Positions 46,302 to 56,165 of a stretch of DNA of 64,000 nt are shown here, piece by piece. The first letter of the stretch is position 1. Each line of letters begins with the position of its first letter. Position numbers and translations under genes: made by a program. This stretch comes from Erysipelotrichaceae bacterium. GTDB taxonomy: Bacteria; Bacillota_I; Bacilli_A; RFN20; CAG-826. The stretch lies in contig DURD01000007.1 in the NCBI GenBank assembly GCA_012837435.1, positions 11,445 through 75,444 on the forward strand, read 5' to 3'. The notes under the pieces were generated by a model that saw nothing but the letters and a program-made list of their open reading frames with translations, ran no database searches and was not told the origin of the DNA.

Positions 46302-49094
46302 ATGAGGGAAAAAGCTAAAAATAAAATTGATTCGACTTTTCTTAAAAAATATAAGAAATTGATCTTTGTTTTTGTGCTTCCCATCAGCTTGATATTTTCT
46401 GCTATTTATATCGGCATCAGTTGGCATCAAAATTATAAGGATAATGTCGATTTTGCCATCAACCTTTCTCAAGCCTTTACCGCCCATTTGGATTTAGAGG
46501 AAATCAATTCTTTAAGTGGTAGCGAAGACGATCTTGAAAAAGAAGAATATCGATTAATTAAACAAGATATCGAAAGACTAGTTAAAACTACGGAAATGAT
46601 ACAATGCACTTATCTATTAGGGCAGCGTAATGACGATATAGTTTTTCTCGTCGATTCTACATCATCGAATTCACAAAATAATTTTTCTCCCGGTCAAATT
46701 TGTGCTGAAGCCACTAAAGAAATTAAACAAATTTTCACTTCTAAAAAAACAATATTCATCGATTCCTTAACTGATGAAAAAGGAACATGGAAAACCGTTT
46801 TTGTTCCAGTTTTAGATGCGAATGAAGAAAATGTCGTCGCTCTTTTTCGCGTCGATTATTCAATTTCGAGATGGAACAATCAAATCTTAAAGAGAATGGT
46901 CGGTAGCATTATGTTTTCAATCTTGCTTGTATTTTTTGTAATCATTCTCATGCGTGCCATGCATGCTTATGGGGAATATAAGAAGATTAACTCTAAAAGC
47001 GAACTAGTGGGGACGTTATACGATAGTATTTTTGACCAAGTACCTCTTGGTATCGCCATCGTCAATGATGAGAGTTTTGTCGAAAAGTCAAAATACGGCG
47101 ATAGAAATATGAACTTTATGTTTCAAAAAATCCTCGGTAGAACGAGTGAAGAACTGACAAATATTTCTTGGAACAATATTACTCATCCCGACGATTTAGA
47201 AGGGGAGATGGCCTTATATAGTCAATTTAAGGAAGGTAAGATCGATGGATATACTATCACCAAAAGGCTTTTGAAGCCCGATGGAACCTATGTTTGGGCC
47301 CAAGTGTGGATCAACCGCTTCTTAGATAAAAGTGAAAATAGTTCTTCCCATTTATTGATTATCAGCGACATTACCAAAGAAAAAGAAATGGCGGAAGACT
47401 TAAAGGAAAGTGAACGGAGCAAATCCCTTCTCCTTTCTAACCTTCCGGGGATGGCTTATCGCTATTCGAGAGATAGTGGCGACAACTGGTCGATGAAATT
47501 CGTTTCCTCGGGATGTTTAGCCTTGACGGGATATACGGCGGAAGAACTTTTAGAAGACAAACATCTGCACGAAGATTTAATCGCTCCAGGCTATCATAGA
47601 ATTCTAAGAAATCAGTGGCAGCGGCTCATCGCTGGTAAACGCAGTTTTAGACACGAATACGAAATAGTGACCGCGGACGGTAGCCGTAAATGGGTGCTAG
47701 ATTTAGCGCAGAGCGTCCTAGATGAAGATGACCAACTCCAAGCTCTAGAAGGAATTATGTTCGATATTACCGAAAAGAAAATCGCGGAAAATAAACTCAA
47801 ATACACTTACGAACACGATGATGAGACCGGTTTATTAAATTACACCAGCCTCCAAAGAGATATTAAAAACGATCATAAAAAACAAATTAAACAAGCGATT
47901 ATCGATGTAAATCTCAATACTTTTGTCAGTTTAAGCGCGGTTTTTGGGTTTTTCTATGTCCAAAAACTAATCCTAACGATTTCTGAAAGTCTCCAACGCT
48001 TCTCCAAAGAAAAATCGAAGTTATATAAATCATACGGAAACCATTTTATTTTCTATATCAAAGATTACGACGATCAAGAAGAACTTATAGATTTCGCTAA
48101 TAAAATTAAGAAATCTCTCGAAGAAATCATCAAACCAGAACGCGTCGGCGCTGGAATTGGAGTGGTGGAAATTAAGGTTGATGAAGAAGTAAATCTTGAA
48201 GATTTGTCTAAAAAAGTTTTCCTGACTTCAAATAAAGCCATTTCTTTAAACGAGAGCGAAGTGGGAATTTTGTTCTATGATAGTGAACTAAAGGCTCAGA
48301 TTCAGCGCGAAGAAGATATTAAGCGCATCCTCCTCGAGGTGGCAAACCATCAAGAGAGCGATAATTTTTACTTGCAGTTTCAACCGATTCTCGATCTTAA
48401 AACTAATAATATTTGTTCTTTTGAAGCTCTAGCTAGACTAAAAGATAAACAATTAGGTAACATTCCTCCCCTAGAATTTATCCCGATTGCCGAAGAAATA
48501 AAAGTGATTATTCCTTTGGGGTGGAATATATTCCGCCAAGCCTTTATTTTTTTGAAAAAGGCGGTCGACTTAGGTTACACAAAAGTGAGAGTTTCCATCA
48601 ACGTCTCGGCTCTTCAACTATTCAGCAACAATTTTACTCAACTTTTATTCGATTTAATGGATGAGATGGAAGTTCCTTCTCATAATGTTGCTCTTGAATT
48701 AACCGAATCAGTATTTTCTTCGGATTTAGATGAAATCAATAAAATACTCAACGAAATCCATAATCGGGGAATATATATCTCCATCGATGATTTTGGGACG
48801 GGCTATTCTTCTTTAGCTCGAGAGCGCGAGTTAAATGTCGACTGTCTTAAAATCGATCGGTATTTTATCAAAAAACTTATGGATATCTCTTATAACGAAG
48901 CCATCACCGCGGACATCATTGCCATCGGTCATAAGCGTGGTCACTGCGTTATTGCCGAAGGCGTGGAGCACGAAAAACAAAAGCAATATTTAATCGACAA
49001 CGGATGCGATAAGATTCAAGGTTATCTCATCAGCAAACCTCTCAGCCAAAAAGAAGCTTTGAATCTGCTCAAAGAAAAATGCACGATGAACTAA
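46302..49094 (+). CDS. Paralogous membrane sensor c-di-GMP phosphodiesterase, with the same architecture as 43181..45997
   Basis: Same domain order and motifs, with a strong AAGGAGAG RBS. It is about 65% identical to the upstream paralogue at the protein level and has a degenerate GGDEF (YGNHF). Confidence 0.75.
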   Translation: MREKAKNKIDSTFLKKYKKLIFVFVLPISLIFSAIYIGISWHQNYKDNVDFAINLSQAFTAHLDLEEINSLSGSEDDLEKEEYRLIKQDIERLVKTTEMIQCTYLLGQRNDDIVFLVDSTSSNSQNNFSPGQICAEATKEIKQIFTSKKTIFIDSLTDEKGTWKTVFVPVLDANEENVVALFRVDYSISRWNNQILKRMVGSIMFSILLVFFVIILMRAMHAYGEYKKINSKSELVGTLYDSIFDQVPLGIAIVNDESFVEKSKYGDRNMNFMFQKILGRTSEELTNISWNNITHPDDLEGEMALYSQFKEGKIDGYTITKRLLKPDGTYVWAQVWINRFLDKSENSSSHLLIISDITKEKEMAEDLKESERSKSLLLSNLPGMAYRYSRDSGDNWSMKFVSSGCLALTGYTAEELLEDKHLHEDLIAPGYHRILRNQWQRLIAGKRSFRHEYEIVTADGSRKWVLDLAQSVLDEDDQLQALEGIMFDITEKKIAENKLKYTYEHDDETGLLNYTSLQRDIKNDHKKQIKQAIIDVNLNTFVSLSAVFGFFYVQKLILTISESLQRFSKEKSKLYKSYGNHFIFYIKDYDDQEELIDFANKIKKSLEEIIKPERVGAGIGVVEIKVDEEVNLEDLSKKVFLTSNKAISLNESEVGILFYDSELKAQIQREEDIKRILLEVANHQESDNFYLQFQPILDLKTNNICSFEALARLKDKQLGNIPPLEFIPIAEEIKVIIPLGWNIFRQAFIFLKKAVDLGYTKVRVSINVSALQLFSNNFTQLLFDLMDEMEVPSHNVALELTESVFSSDLDEINKILNEIHNRGIYISIDDFGTGYSSLARERELNVDCLKIDRYFIKKLMDISYNEAITADIIAIGHKRGHCVIAEGVEHEKQKQYLIDNGCDKIQGYLISKPLSQKEALNLLKEKCTMN

Positions 49095-49184
49095 ACTATC
49101 TATCAGATGATTGATATATAATAAATGTTGATAAATAGAGATAAAAAACTTTTTTGTCTCTTTATATTAAAAAATAGAAATATT

Positions 49185-50009
49185 ATGAAGAAAAATAAAC
49201 AACCGCTTAAAAATTTAACTCCCATATCTAAAACTAAATATCCGATTATTTTAGTTCACGGCATCGCCATCAAGGACTTCGGCCTTTTTAAATCTTTCGG
49301 AAAAATCGATCGCTATTTGATTAAAGAAGGTTTTAAGGTTTACAAAAGTAAAGCCGATGGCTTTGGGACAATTGAAAATAACGCTCTTTTCTTAAAAAAA
49401 GAAATATTAAAAATACTTGAAGAAAATAACGTTGAAAAAATCAACATCATCGCTCATTCCAAAGGGGGACTAGATGCTAAATACATGATTGAGTATTTAG
49501 ATATGAGTAAAAATGTCGCCTCATTAACGACTTTATGCACCCCTCACAAAGGTAGTCCCATCGCCACCCATATCCTCAATAAACCCCGATGGTTGCTTAA
49601 ATTTCTCGCCTTTTGGATCAATCTTTGGTATCGAATATTAGGGGATAAAAAGCCTGACGCCTACCGAGTGTGCAAACAACTGGCCACCATCGATAGTGTG
49701 GAAGACGAAACGATGAAAATCACTAGCGAGATTTACTGTCAGAGCTATTCGACCACCTTAAAAAGAAGTCGAGATGATTTCATTATGGGCATTCCGTTAA
49801 AATTTTATCACCGCTACGAAAAAGGTACGGCCAGCGATGGTTTAGTGGGCCGAGAATCCACCCAATTTGGAGAATATAAAGGCGAAGCTTTTGAGGAATC
49901 GATGTCTCATTCTGAAATCATCGATTTTATGGCGTCAAAAAAGAAAAAAGAAAAAATCTATGCGTTCTACACGATGATTTGCGAAGATTTGAAAGAACGG
50001 GGTTTTTGA
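49185..50009 (+). CDS. Lipase/esterase of the LipA/EstA-like alpha/beta-hydrolase family. No signal peptide, so probably cytoplasmic.
   Basis: PIILVHGI…, then the nucleophile elbow IIAHSKGG (compare Bacillus LipA AHSMGG) and TLCTPHKGS. The start is chosen at ATG 49185 (MKKNKQP). The track start is an upstream TTG. Confidence 0.55.
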   Translation: MKKNKQPLKNLTPISKTKYPIILVHGIAIKDFGLFKSFGKIDRYLIKEGFKVYKSKADGFGTIENNALFLKKEILKILEENNVEKINIIAHSKGGLDAKYMIEYLDMSKNVASLTTLCTPHKGSPIATHILNKPRWLLKFLAFWINLWYRILGDKKPDAYRVCKQLATIDSVEDETMKITSEIYCQSYSTTLKRSRDDFIMGIPLKFYHRYEKGTASDGLVGRESTQFGEYKGEAFEESMSHSEIIDFMASKKKKEKIYAFYTMICEDLKERGF

Positions 50010-50137
50010 TAATTTAGATAAAAATTTAATTTTTTTTGAAAAAAATAGTAAATAACTGAGATTTTTGCATTTCCCCTCTTTTTGTTTTTTAAAAAGAGAA
50101 GTATTATTAAATGGTTTCAATAGAGGTTTAAAAATAT

Positions 50138-51832
50138 ATGATTTTATCAACAGGGGAAGTTCCTCTCGAAACAACCATCATTATTATTTCCATTGCCGCG
50201 ACCTTACTCACAATATTCATAATTTCTTTCCTATTATTTTTCTTCTCACACAAAAAGAATCTACATGACATCTTCGAAAAAGAATATAATTCTCTACTCG
50301 AAAAAGGTTTAGAAAACCCTTCGCTTAGAGATCCTTTAAAAACCAGTCATTACGATGATTATTCTGAGAGCGACCGGGCTTTTTATCTAAAATATTCCGC
50401 TTACGCCCAAATGGTGTGGAACTTTTTAAAGACGATTTACGATTTATCAAGTTTGAGACAGAGAAAATACAGAAATTTATATCGTTCTTGGTTCCCGGTA
50501 ATAATTGAAGAAAACAAACTTCATTACCATTGGTTTATCAAAAATCACGAGTTATTTTCTCCTAAGTTTCAAGACTACGTTAAAAATATTGTTAGCGAAA
50601 TTACTCTAGAACTTAAAACCGACATCGATTCATTTAATGTCATCAATCAGAGATTAAAAAAAGAATTTCCCTTAGACGAACAAAAAGATGATAAACAAAT
50701 GATGGATTTATTAATTAAAGGTTATTATCGATTATTTATTGCGAGATTTGCTCATCAAGATAAAAGCGATAAATCGATAATTGGCTATGTCATTTATTAC
50801 ACCAACAAAGACAATAATTTTTTATTTTTAGATTATCTAAATATTTTGCCAGAATACCAAAACTCTGGCCATGGGTCTAAAATTTTTAATCTTTTGATGA
50901 AAGAGATAAAAGGCCGTAATCCCCACGGAGTCTTATTCGAAATCGAAACTAGCAAAGTAGGGGGACATTCTTTAAAAAATAAAAGAAGACAATTTTATAC
51001 AAATTTAGGGGCTAGCGAGTTATATTGTCCTTATCGCGCTCCTTGTGATAACCATCGATCGATTCCTATGTCGCTGATGTTTAGGCCAGTCGAAGGTAAA
51101 GATTTTGTCCGTAAAGAAGACATTCGTTCATTTATGAAAGAAGCGATTTCAAAGATTCACGCCGAATATCCCCACACCCCTGAAGTCATCAACACGTACA
51201 TCGATGAAATACCAAATTACGAAGCTAATTCCAGTATCAATTTAGAGAAAGGTTCTCTCTTAGATTATGAAAAAATTTCCGAATTTTTAAATATGGATTC
51301 TTGGAGGAATTTACTGGTTGAAAAAGATAAAATTCACCAGCTGCTGGAAAATAAAATCTATAATTTAATTTTGCTGAAAGACCAAGGAGGAAATTTGCTC
51401 GGCTACGCTTTTGTCTATCTATCTAAAAAGAGCGATTTCTTATTTATCGATAGTTTGAAGATTTTACCTTTTTATCAAAATCACGGATACGAAAAAATGT
51501 TCATCCAAAAATTATGTGTCAAAACCTTTCCTTTGGTTAAGTATGGTATCGTCGGTAAAAAATTACTAATCGATGAGAAAAAGATTAGCGACGAACAATT
51601 TGCGGTTTTCACGAACGGATATTTATTAGACGGAGAATACTCTTATTTTCTTAGGGACAATAAAGTTTCGCTAAAATTAATCTTCTATCCTAAAGAAGAG
51701 ATAAATAACGTTAAAGGTAATGAATTTAACCAATTGATGGACCAAATCTTATTAGACATCTATAGCGGTAGCGATGTTATAAACATTAATCACGGAGAAC
51801 ATTTTAAAAAAAATAAAGACTTTATAAGATGA
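50138..51832 (+). CDS. Membrane-anchored protein with two tandem GNAT-like acyl/aminoacyl-transferase folds
   Basis: An N-terminal TM helix, then two repeated segments with GNAT motif-A-like cores (…FLFLDYLNILPEYQNSGHGSKIF… and …FLFIDSLKILPFYQNHGYEKMF…). Confidence 0.45.
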   Translation: MILSTGEVPLETTIIIISIAATLLTIFIISFLLFFFSHKKNLHDIFEKEYNSLLEKGLENPSLRDPLKTSHYDDYSESDRAFYLKYSAYAQMVWNFLKTIYDLSSLRQRKYRNLYRSWFPVIIEENKLHYHWFIKNHELFSPKFQDYVKNIVSEITLELKTDIDSFNVINQRLKKEFPLDEQKDDKQMMDLLIKGYYRLFIARFAHQDKSDKSIIGYVIYYTNKDNNFLFLDYLNILPEYQNSGHGSKIFNLLMKEIKGRNPHGVLFEIETSKVGGHSLKNKRRQFYTNLGASELYCPYRAPCDNHRSIPMSLMFRPVEGKDFVRKEDIRSFMKEAISKIHAEYPHTPEVINTYIDEIPNYEANSSINLEKGSLLDYEKISEFLNMDSWRNLLVEKDKIHQLLENKIYNLILLKDQGGNLLGYAFVYLSKKSDFLFIDSLKILPFYQNHGYEKMFIQKLCVKTFPLVKYGIVGKKLLIDEKKISDEQFAVFTNGYLLDGEYSYFLRDNKVSLKLIFYPKEEINNVKGNEFNQLMDQILLDIYSGSDVININHGEHFKKNKDFIR

Positions 51833-51884
51833 GAACTTAAATGAGGCGGAAAAGCATCTTTTTTTGTATAGAAAACACCATCGA

Positions 51885-52961
51885 CTATTTCTTATCTCTT
51901 CTTAAAAAGAATTCTTTACCGATATTAAATACGATTTTAACTAAAGTGTCTCTTTCTTTTTTAGGAGTTTCTTTCCAACAACTTCTAAGTAGAGAGAAGC
52001 GGTGTCTAATAAAGGAAATAATCTCATTTTCTTTTGGTAGAACCTCGATGTCTAGTTTTTCTAATAGAGCGAATAATGCATCGACAAAAGCTCGTTTGTT
52101 GTTGTTGTCGTAATTTAAAAAAGCTTCGTTGATTCCTTCTACAATCCTTGTGGAGCGCTCCGAATATTGTTCTTCACGAATAAAAGAACCGTCGTTGATT
52201 AGCCAAGTAAATAAATCGTGTTGCATCAAAAGAGACTTACTAGAAGCCACAATAATCTTTTCCTTATCAATGACCATCAAACGGCCAATGATCGATTCTG
52301 CGGGAGCATAAGCGTGAATCAAAGGGGAAATCTTCTTATATTCTTCATCGTAAAAATTTGGTGAATAGTTAGGAGCATCATAAGAATAGATGGCTTTTAA
52401 TTTATGTGGTTTTTTAAAATTTTTAGCGGCGGTAATCGCTAGGCGTCCCCCTTTAGAATGACCCCCAAAGATAAAGGGGCGAAAGAAGAATTTTTTAGCG
52501 ATGGCATTCGCGTACTTAATAGCTTCTATCTCCGAAGGAACGATATCTAAATACGCCATATCAAAATCTTCTTTCCAGCCGGTGAGAGTGCCGTCTGTCC
52601 CTCCAAAAGATAGATAGACAAATTCAGGTAAAATAATGGTAATAGCTTGAAATTGTTTAGAATCGGCCTTGCTTTTAACTTTTGAATAATAAGCAAATTT
52701 TGCCTTTTTATAGCGCAGGCTATTCGTCACTATTTTTAACACTTTTAAATAGTTAATCTGTCTTTCACCAGCGTCCACGGGGAGAAGGTAGGTATCGAGT
52801 AAAGCCGCGAGTTGCTTGGTATTAAGGACGTCTTTTTTCGTTTTTAACCCATTGAAAGGAAAATAAGAAACGGCCGTTAGAACTAAAGCATCAATTTCAT
52901 TGAATGATTCTTCTTTAAATGTAAACTTTTGATATTCCAATAAGTAATCGATAACATTCAT
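51885..52961 (-). CDS. DUF2974 (Mbeg1-like) alpha/beta-hydrolase, lipase-like
   Basis: Nucleophile elbow FGGHSKGG and the overall Mbeg1-like organisation. Confidence 0.5.
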   Translation of the reverse strand: MNVIDYLLEYQKFTFKEESFNEIDALVLTAVSYFPFNGLKTKKDVLNTKQLAALLDTYLLPVDAGERQINYLKVLKIVTNSLRYKKAKFAYYSKVKSKADSKQFQAITIILPEFVYLSFGGTDGTLTGWKEDFDMAYLDIVPSEIEAIKYANAIAKKFFFRPFIFGGHSKGGRLAITAAKNFKKPHKLKAIYSYDAPNYSPNFYDEEYKKISPLIHAYAPAESIIGRLMVIDKEKIIVASSKSLLMQHDLFTWLINDGSFIREEQYSERSTRIVEGINEAFLNYDNNNKRAFVDALFALLEKLDIEVLPKENEIISFIRHRFSLLRSCWKETPKKERDTLVKIVFNIGKEFFLRRDKK

Positions 52962-53040
52962 GTTTTAATGTTATCATTTTTCAAAATATTTACACAAACA
53001 ATCTTAAACTATTATAAAATAATAAGAGTGAGGAAATGAA

Positions 53041-53904
53041 ATGATTAAAGGTTGGTTAGTGGTCAATACTTTTCTGAACTTAGAAAAATTCCAGCGTGTT
53101 TATCAAATGCTCGAAATCTCTTTTAGAAAATGGGGTATCGTTTTATCGACTAAAAAAGCGGAAGACATTTCCTTAAAAGTGGGGTTTAAACTGATGGATA
53201 AACCAGATTTTATCATCTTTTGGGACAAAGACTTTTATTTAGCCTCTAGCTTAAAAAAACAAGATATTAGGTTGTTCAATAGCCCTAATGCCATTTTATA
53301 TAGTGATAACAAAATATTGATGTATCAAAAACTTAAAGAAAAAAACATCCGAATACCTCGAACATTTGTCGCCCCTAAAACTTTTGAAGGTATCAACTAT
53401 AGTCACCGCGGTTTCTTAGATCAAGTCATCGATGAAATCGGTTTTCCAATCGTGGTTAAAGAGGCTTATGGTTCCTTCGGCGAACAAGTTTATCTCGCTA
53501 AAGATATAGTGGAGTTAAATCGCATTGTCGATGAAATCGGTTATAAGGACTTCTTGTTGCAAGAGTTTATCTCCTCTTCTAGAGGAAGAGATATTAGAAT
53601 CAACGTCGTGGGGAACAAAGCCATCGTCAGTATGTTAAGAGAAAACAACAATGATTTTAGAAGCAACATCTCTTCTGGTGGCAAAGGTTCTTTTTATAAA
53701 CCTCAGAAAAAATATATCGATTTAGCTATTAAAGCCACGAAAGCCTTAAAGCTAGATTTCGCGGGTGTTGATCTTTTGTTTGGCGAAAATGATGAACCGA
53801 TCGTTTGCGAAGTGAATTCTAATCCCCAGTTCGTTTCTACTTTGCAAGTAACTGGCATCAATCTCGCGGATTATATCGCTGCCTATATCGTTAAATCATT
53901 ATGA
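53041..53904 (+). CDS. RimK-family ATP-grasp ligase (alpha-L-glutamate ligase-like)
   Basis: The C-terminal half DIRINVVGNKAIVSMLRENNNDFRSNISSGGKGSF…FAGVDLLFGENDEPIVCEVNSNP aligns closely with E. coli RimK (DIRCLVVGD…GDFRSNLHRGG…VAGVDIL…VMEVNASPG). Confidence 0.7.
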   Translation: MIKGWLVVNTFLNLEKFQRVYQMLEISFRKWGIVLSTKKAEDISLKVGFKLMDKPDFIIFWDKDFYLASSLKKQDIRLFNSPNAILYSDNKILMYQKLKEKNIRIPRTFVAPKTFEGINYSHRGFLDQVIDEIGFPIVVKEAYGSFGEQVYLAKDIVELNRIVDEIGYKDFLLQEFISSSRGRDIRINVVGNKAIVSMLRENNNDFRSNISSGGKGSFYKPQKKYIDLAIKATKALKLDFAGVDLLFGENDEPIVCEVNSNPQFVSTLQVTGINLADYIAAYIVKSL

Positions 53905-54695
53905 AAAAGGGAATAATTATCTATCGAAAAGACGATAGTCTAAAAAACGATTTTTTTATCAATAAATGCCTTTCGCAACTAAATGATAGTCATTTTCAAC
54001 TGCAATTCGTCGTCGAAGATGATGTCGCTCTCTATTTAAAAAATCAGTACGTGGATTTTGCTATTTATCGCGGAAGAGACTATCGAACTATCGAGAAATT
54101 AAACCATTTAGGCCTCAAGGTTTTTAATAACTCTTTAACCAATAAAATAGCTAACAACAAATATTTGACCTATCAACTATTTAACGAATTAAATTTACCT
54201 TGCATCACTACCTATTTAGATTCCGAGTCGCTTTCCTTCCCTTACATCATGAAAAGCGTCGATGGACACGGGGGACAAGAAGTATTTTTGATCGATAAAC
54301 TCGATAAAAAACAACTAATTTTAGCTAAATACCCTCATAAAACCTTTATTTATCAACCATTTACCAGCAATACGGGGGATGTGAGATTATATCTATTAAA
54401 TAAAAAGTTCGTCAAAGCCGTCAAAAGAGAAAACCAAAATGATTTCCGAAATAATTACTCTTTAGGAGGTCAAGCTTCTTTATATACCCCTAATTCTCAA
54501 ATCATCGAACAAGCGGAATGGCTCGCCCGATATTTAGAGGCCGATTATATTGGAATAGATTTATTGCTAACGGAAGAAAGCTATGCCTTTAATGAAATAG
54601 AAGATCCCGTGGGCTCGAGGATGCTCTATGAAATTAGCGACATCGATATCATCGCTCTATATATTACTCATATCAAAAAACAATTAGAACAATAA
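53901..54695 (+). CDS. Second RimK-family ATP-grasp ligase, overlapping the first by 4 nt
   Basis: DVRLYLLNKKFVKAVKRENQNDFRNNYSLGGQAS…IGIDLLL, the same ATP-grasp core as RimK. ATGA overlap with the upstream paralogue. Confidence 0.65.
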   Translation: MKKGIIIYRKDDSLKNDFFINKCLSQLNDSHFQLQFVVEDDVALYLKNQYVDFAIYRGRDYRTIEKLNHLGLKVFNNSLTNKIANNKYLTYQLFNELNLPCITTYLDSESLSFPYIMKSVDGHGGQEVFLIDKLDKKQLILAKYPHKTFIYQPFTSNTGDVRLYLLNKKFVKAVKRENQNDFRNNYSLGGQASLYTPNSQIIEQAEWLARYLEADYIGIDLLLTEESYAFNEIEDPVGSRMLYEISDIDIIALYITHIKKQLEQ

Positions 54696-55358
54696 GAGCA
54701 CTCCGACTATTTGTAATATCGTAGAAAGTAAGACGAAAATATGGAATAGGGAGTGAAAATTTAAATTTTTACGTCCCAGCACATAAATTAAGGCCCCGAT
54801 AGTATAAGTAATGCCGCCACTTAAAATAAAAGTAAAGGCTAGTAAATCTAGCTCGATAAACCAGGCAAAGAATAAAAGTAACCAACCCATCACTATATAT
54901 AAAAATAAAGAGATTACCCGAATAAAGGGAATATTGAACAAAAGTAGACTAAACAATATTCCGATGAGGGCGAGCGCCCATTCCATAATGATGATGATGA
55001 GACCGGCTGCCATTCCTTTATCGATTAAATGGAAACATATCGGAGTGTAAGTTCCAGCGATTAACAAATATATCACCGCATGATCGAGGAGACGAAATAT
55101 TTTTTTATTGAATGTTTTTGGATCAAGGTAGTGGTAAATTGCTGAAAAACTATAGACAATGACTATCGTTAAAGCAAAAATTAATAAACCGGTAAAAGAC
55201 AGTAAGGAAATCGAATTTATTGAGAATTTATAAATAGCAAAAAAGATCACAACTAAAGATAAGGGTAAGCCCAGTAGATGGCTTAAGCTATTGAACAGTT
55301 CCTGTTTTTTGCTATAAGGAGGGATTTTAATTTTTGATACCGCATCGTCGTAAGACAT
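54684..55358 (-). CDS. Hemolysin-III / PAQR family 7-TM channel protein
   Basis: HlyIII motifs: SAIYHYL, DHAVIYLLIAGTYTP, and seven hydrophobic helices. Confidence 0.7.
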   Translation of the reverse strand: MSYDDAVSKIKIPPYSKKQELFNSLSHLLGLPLSLVVIFFAIYKFSINSISLLSFTGLLIFALTIVIVYSFSAIYHYLDPKTFNKKIFRLLDHAVIYLLIAGTYTPICFHLIDKGMAAGLIIIIMEWALALIGILFSLLLFNIPFIRVISLFLYIVMGWLLLFFAWFIELDLLAFTFILSGGITYTIGALIYVLGRKNLNFHSLFHIFVLLSTILQIVGVLLLF

Positions 55359-55643
55359 AATTTAACTTCCTACTCAATTTATCGTAAAAAAAGTTAACCG
55401 CTCTGTCAGTAAACGATGTATTGATTTTTATCTACTATTATTTTTTAAAGGTCTACTCGTTATTTTTCTAGCGATAGAATATTAAAGAGTTTTCTTTGTA
55501 GAAAACTAATTAAAATTAATCTCCGATTAGGGTTTAATTTTTTATCACGAATTTAATCTAAAACAAAATCTAAGCACAAATAAGAGACCTAATCTCCACT
55601 TTAGTCCTTTTAATTTATCGAATGAAATATTAATATATTTAAC

Positions 55644-56165
55644 ATGAAAAGAATTTTAGTCATCGGTTGTCCTGGCGCAGGAAAAACATATTTTTCGAAG
55701 AAATTAGGACAATTATTAAATTATCCTGTTGTTCATATGGACTGGCTTTATTGGAGAGAAGATAAAACCACCGTTAGCCGCGAACAACTGTTAGAAAAAA
55801 TGCTTCCATATCTGAAGGAAGATCAATGGATTATCGATGGCAATTATCATCACACTTTAAGTGTTAGATTAGAATACGCGACTGACGTATATTTTTTAAA
55901 GTTATCTCATGAAGAGTGTGTCCAAGGCATTCTTGAAAGAATCGATAAAAAAAGAGACGACATCCCGTGGGTAGAAACCAAAGAAGATGCCGAAAAATTA
56001 ATCGAATGGATAAAAACTTACGAAGAGAGAACTAGGGCGGAAGAAGAAGCTTTACTAGAGCAATATCAACATGTTAAAGTCCACGTTTTATCAAGTAGAA
56101 AAGAAGTTAATGATTATTTGAATAATCTATTAAAAAAACAAGCTCTAGAACTTAAGCTTGTTTAG
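55644..56165 (+). CDS. Small P-loop NTPase, topology-modulation-protein / adenylate-kinase-like
   Basis: N-terminal ILVIGCPGAGKTYFSKKL Walker A. It is 173 aa with a DGNY motif. Confidence 0.55.
   Translation: MKRILVIGCPGAGKTYFSKKLGQLLNYPVVHMDWLYWREDKTTVSREQLLEKMLPYLKEDQWIIDGNYHHTLSVRLEYATDVYFLKLSHEECVQGILERIDKKRDDIPWVETKEDAEKLIEWIKTYEERTRAEEEALLEQYQHVKVHVLSSRKEVNDYLNNLLKKQALELKLV

Noticed and set aside
51841-52113. 90-aa plus-strand ORF overlapping the 3' end of the DUF2974 hydrolase gene
   Set aside because: It is antisense to a well-supported gene and has no RBS.
52962-53040. Graspetide (microviridin-like) precursor peptide upstream of the ATP-grasp pair
   Set aside because: There is no small ORF there: only ATG-AAA-TGA, and the 79-bp gap is a promoter/RBS. 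The ligases look like RimK rather than MdnB/C.
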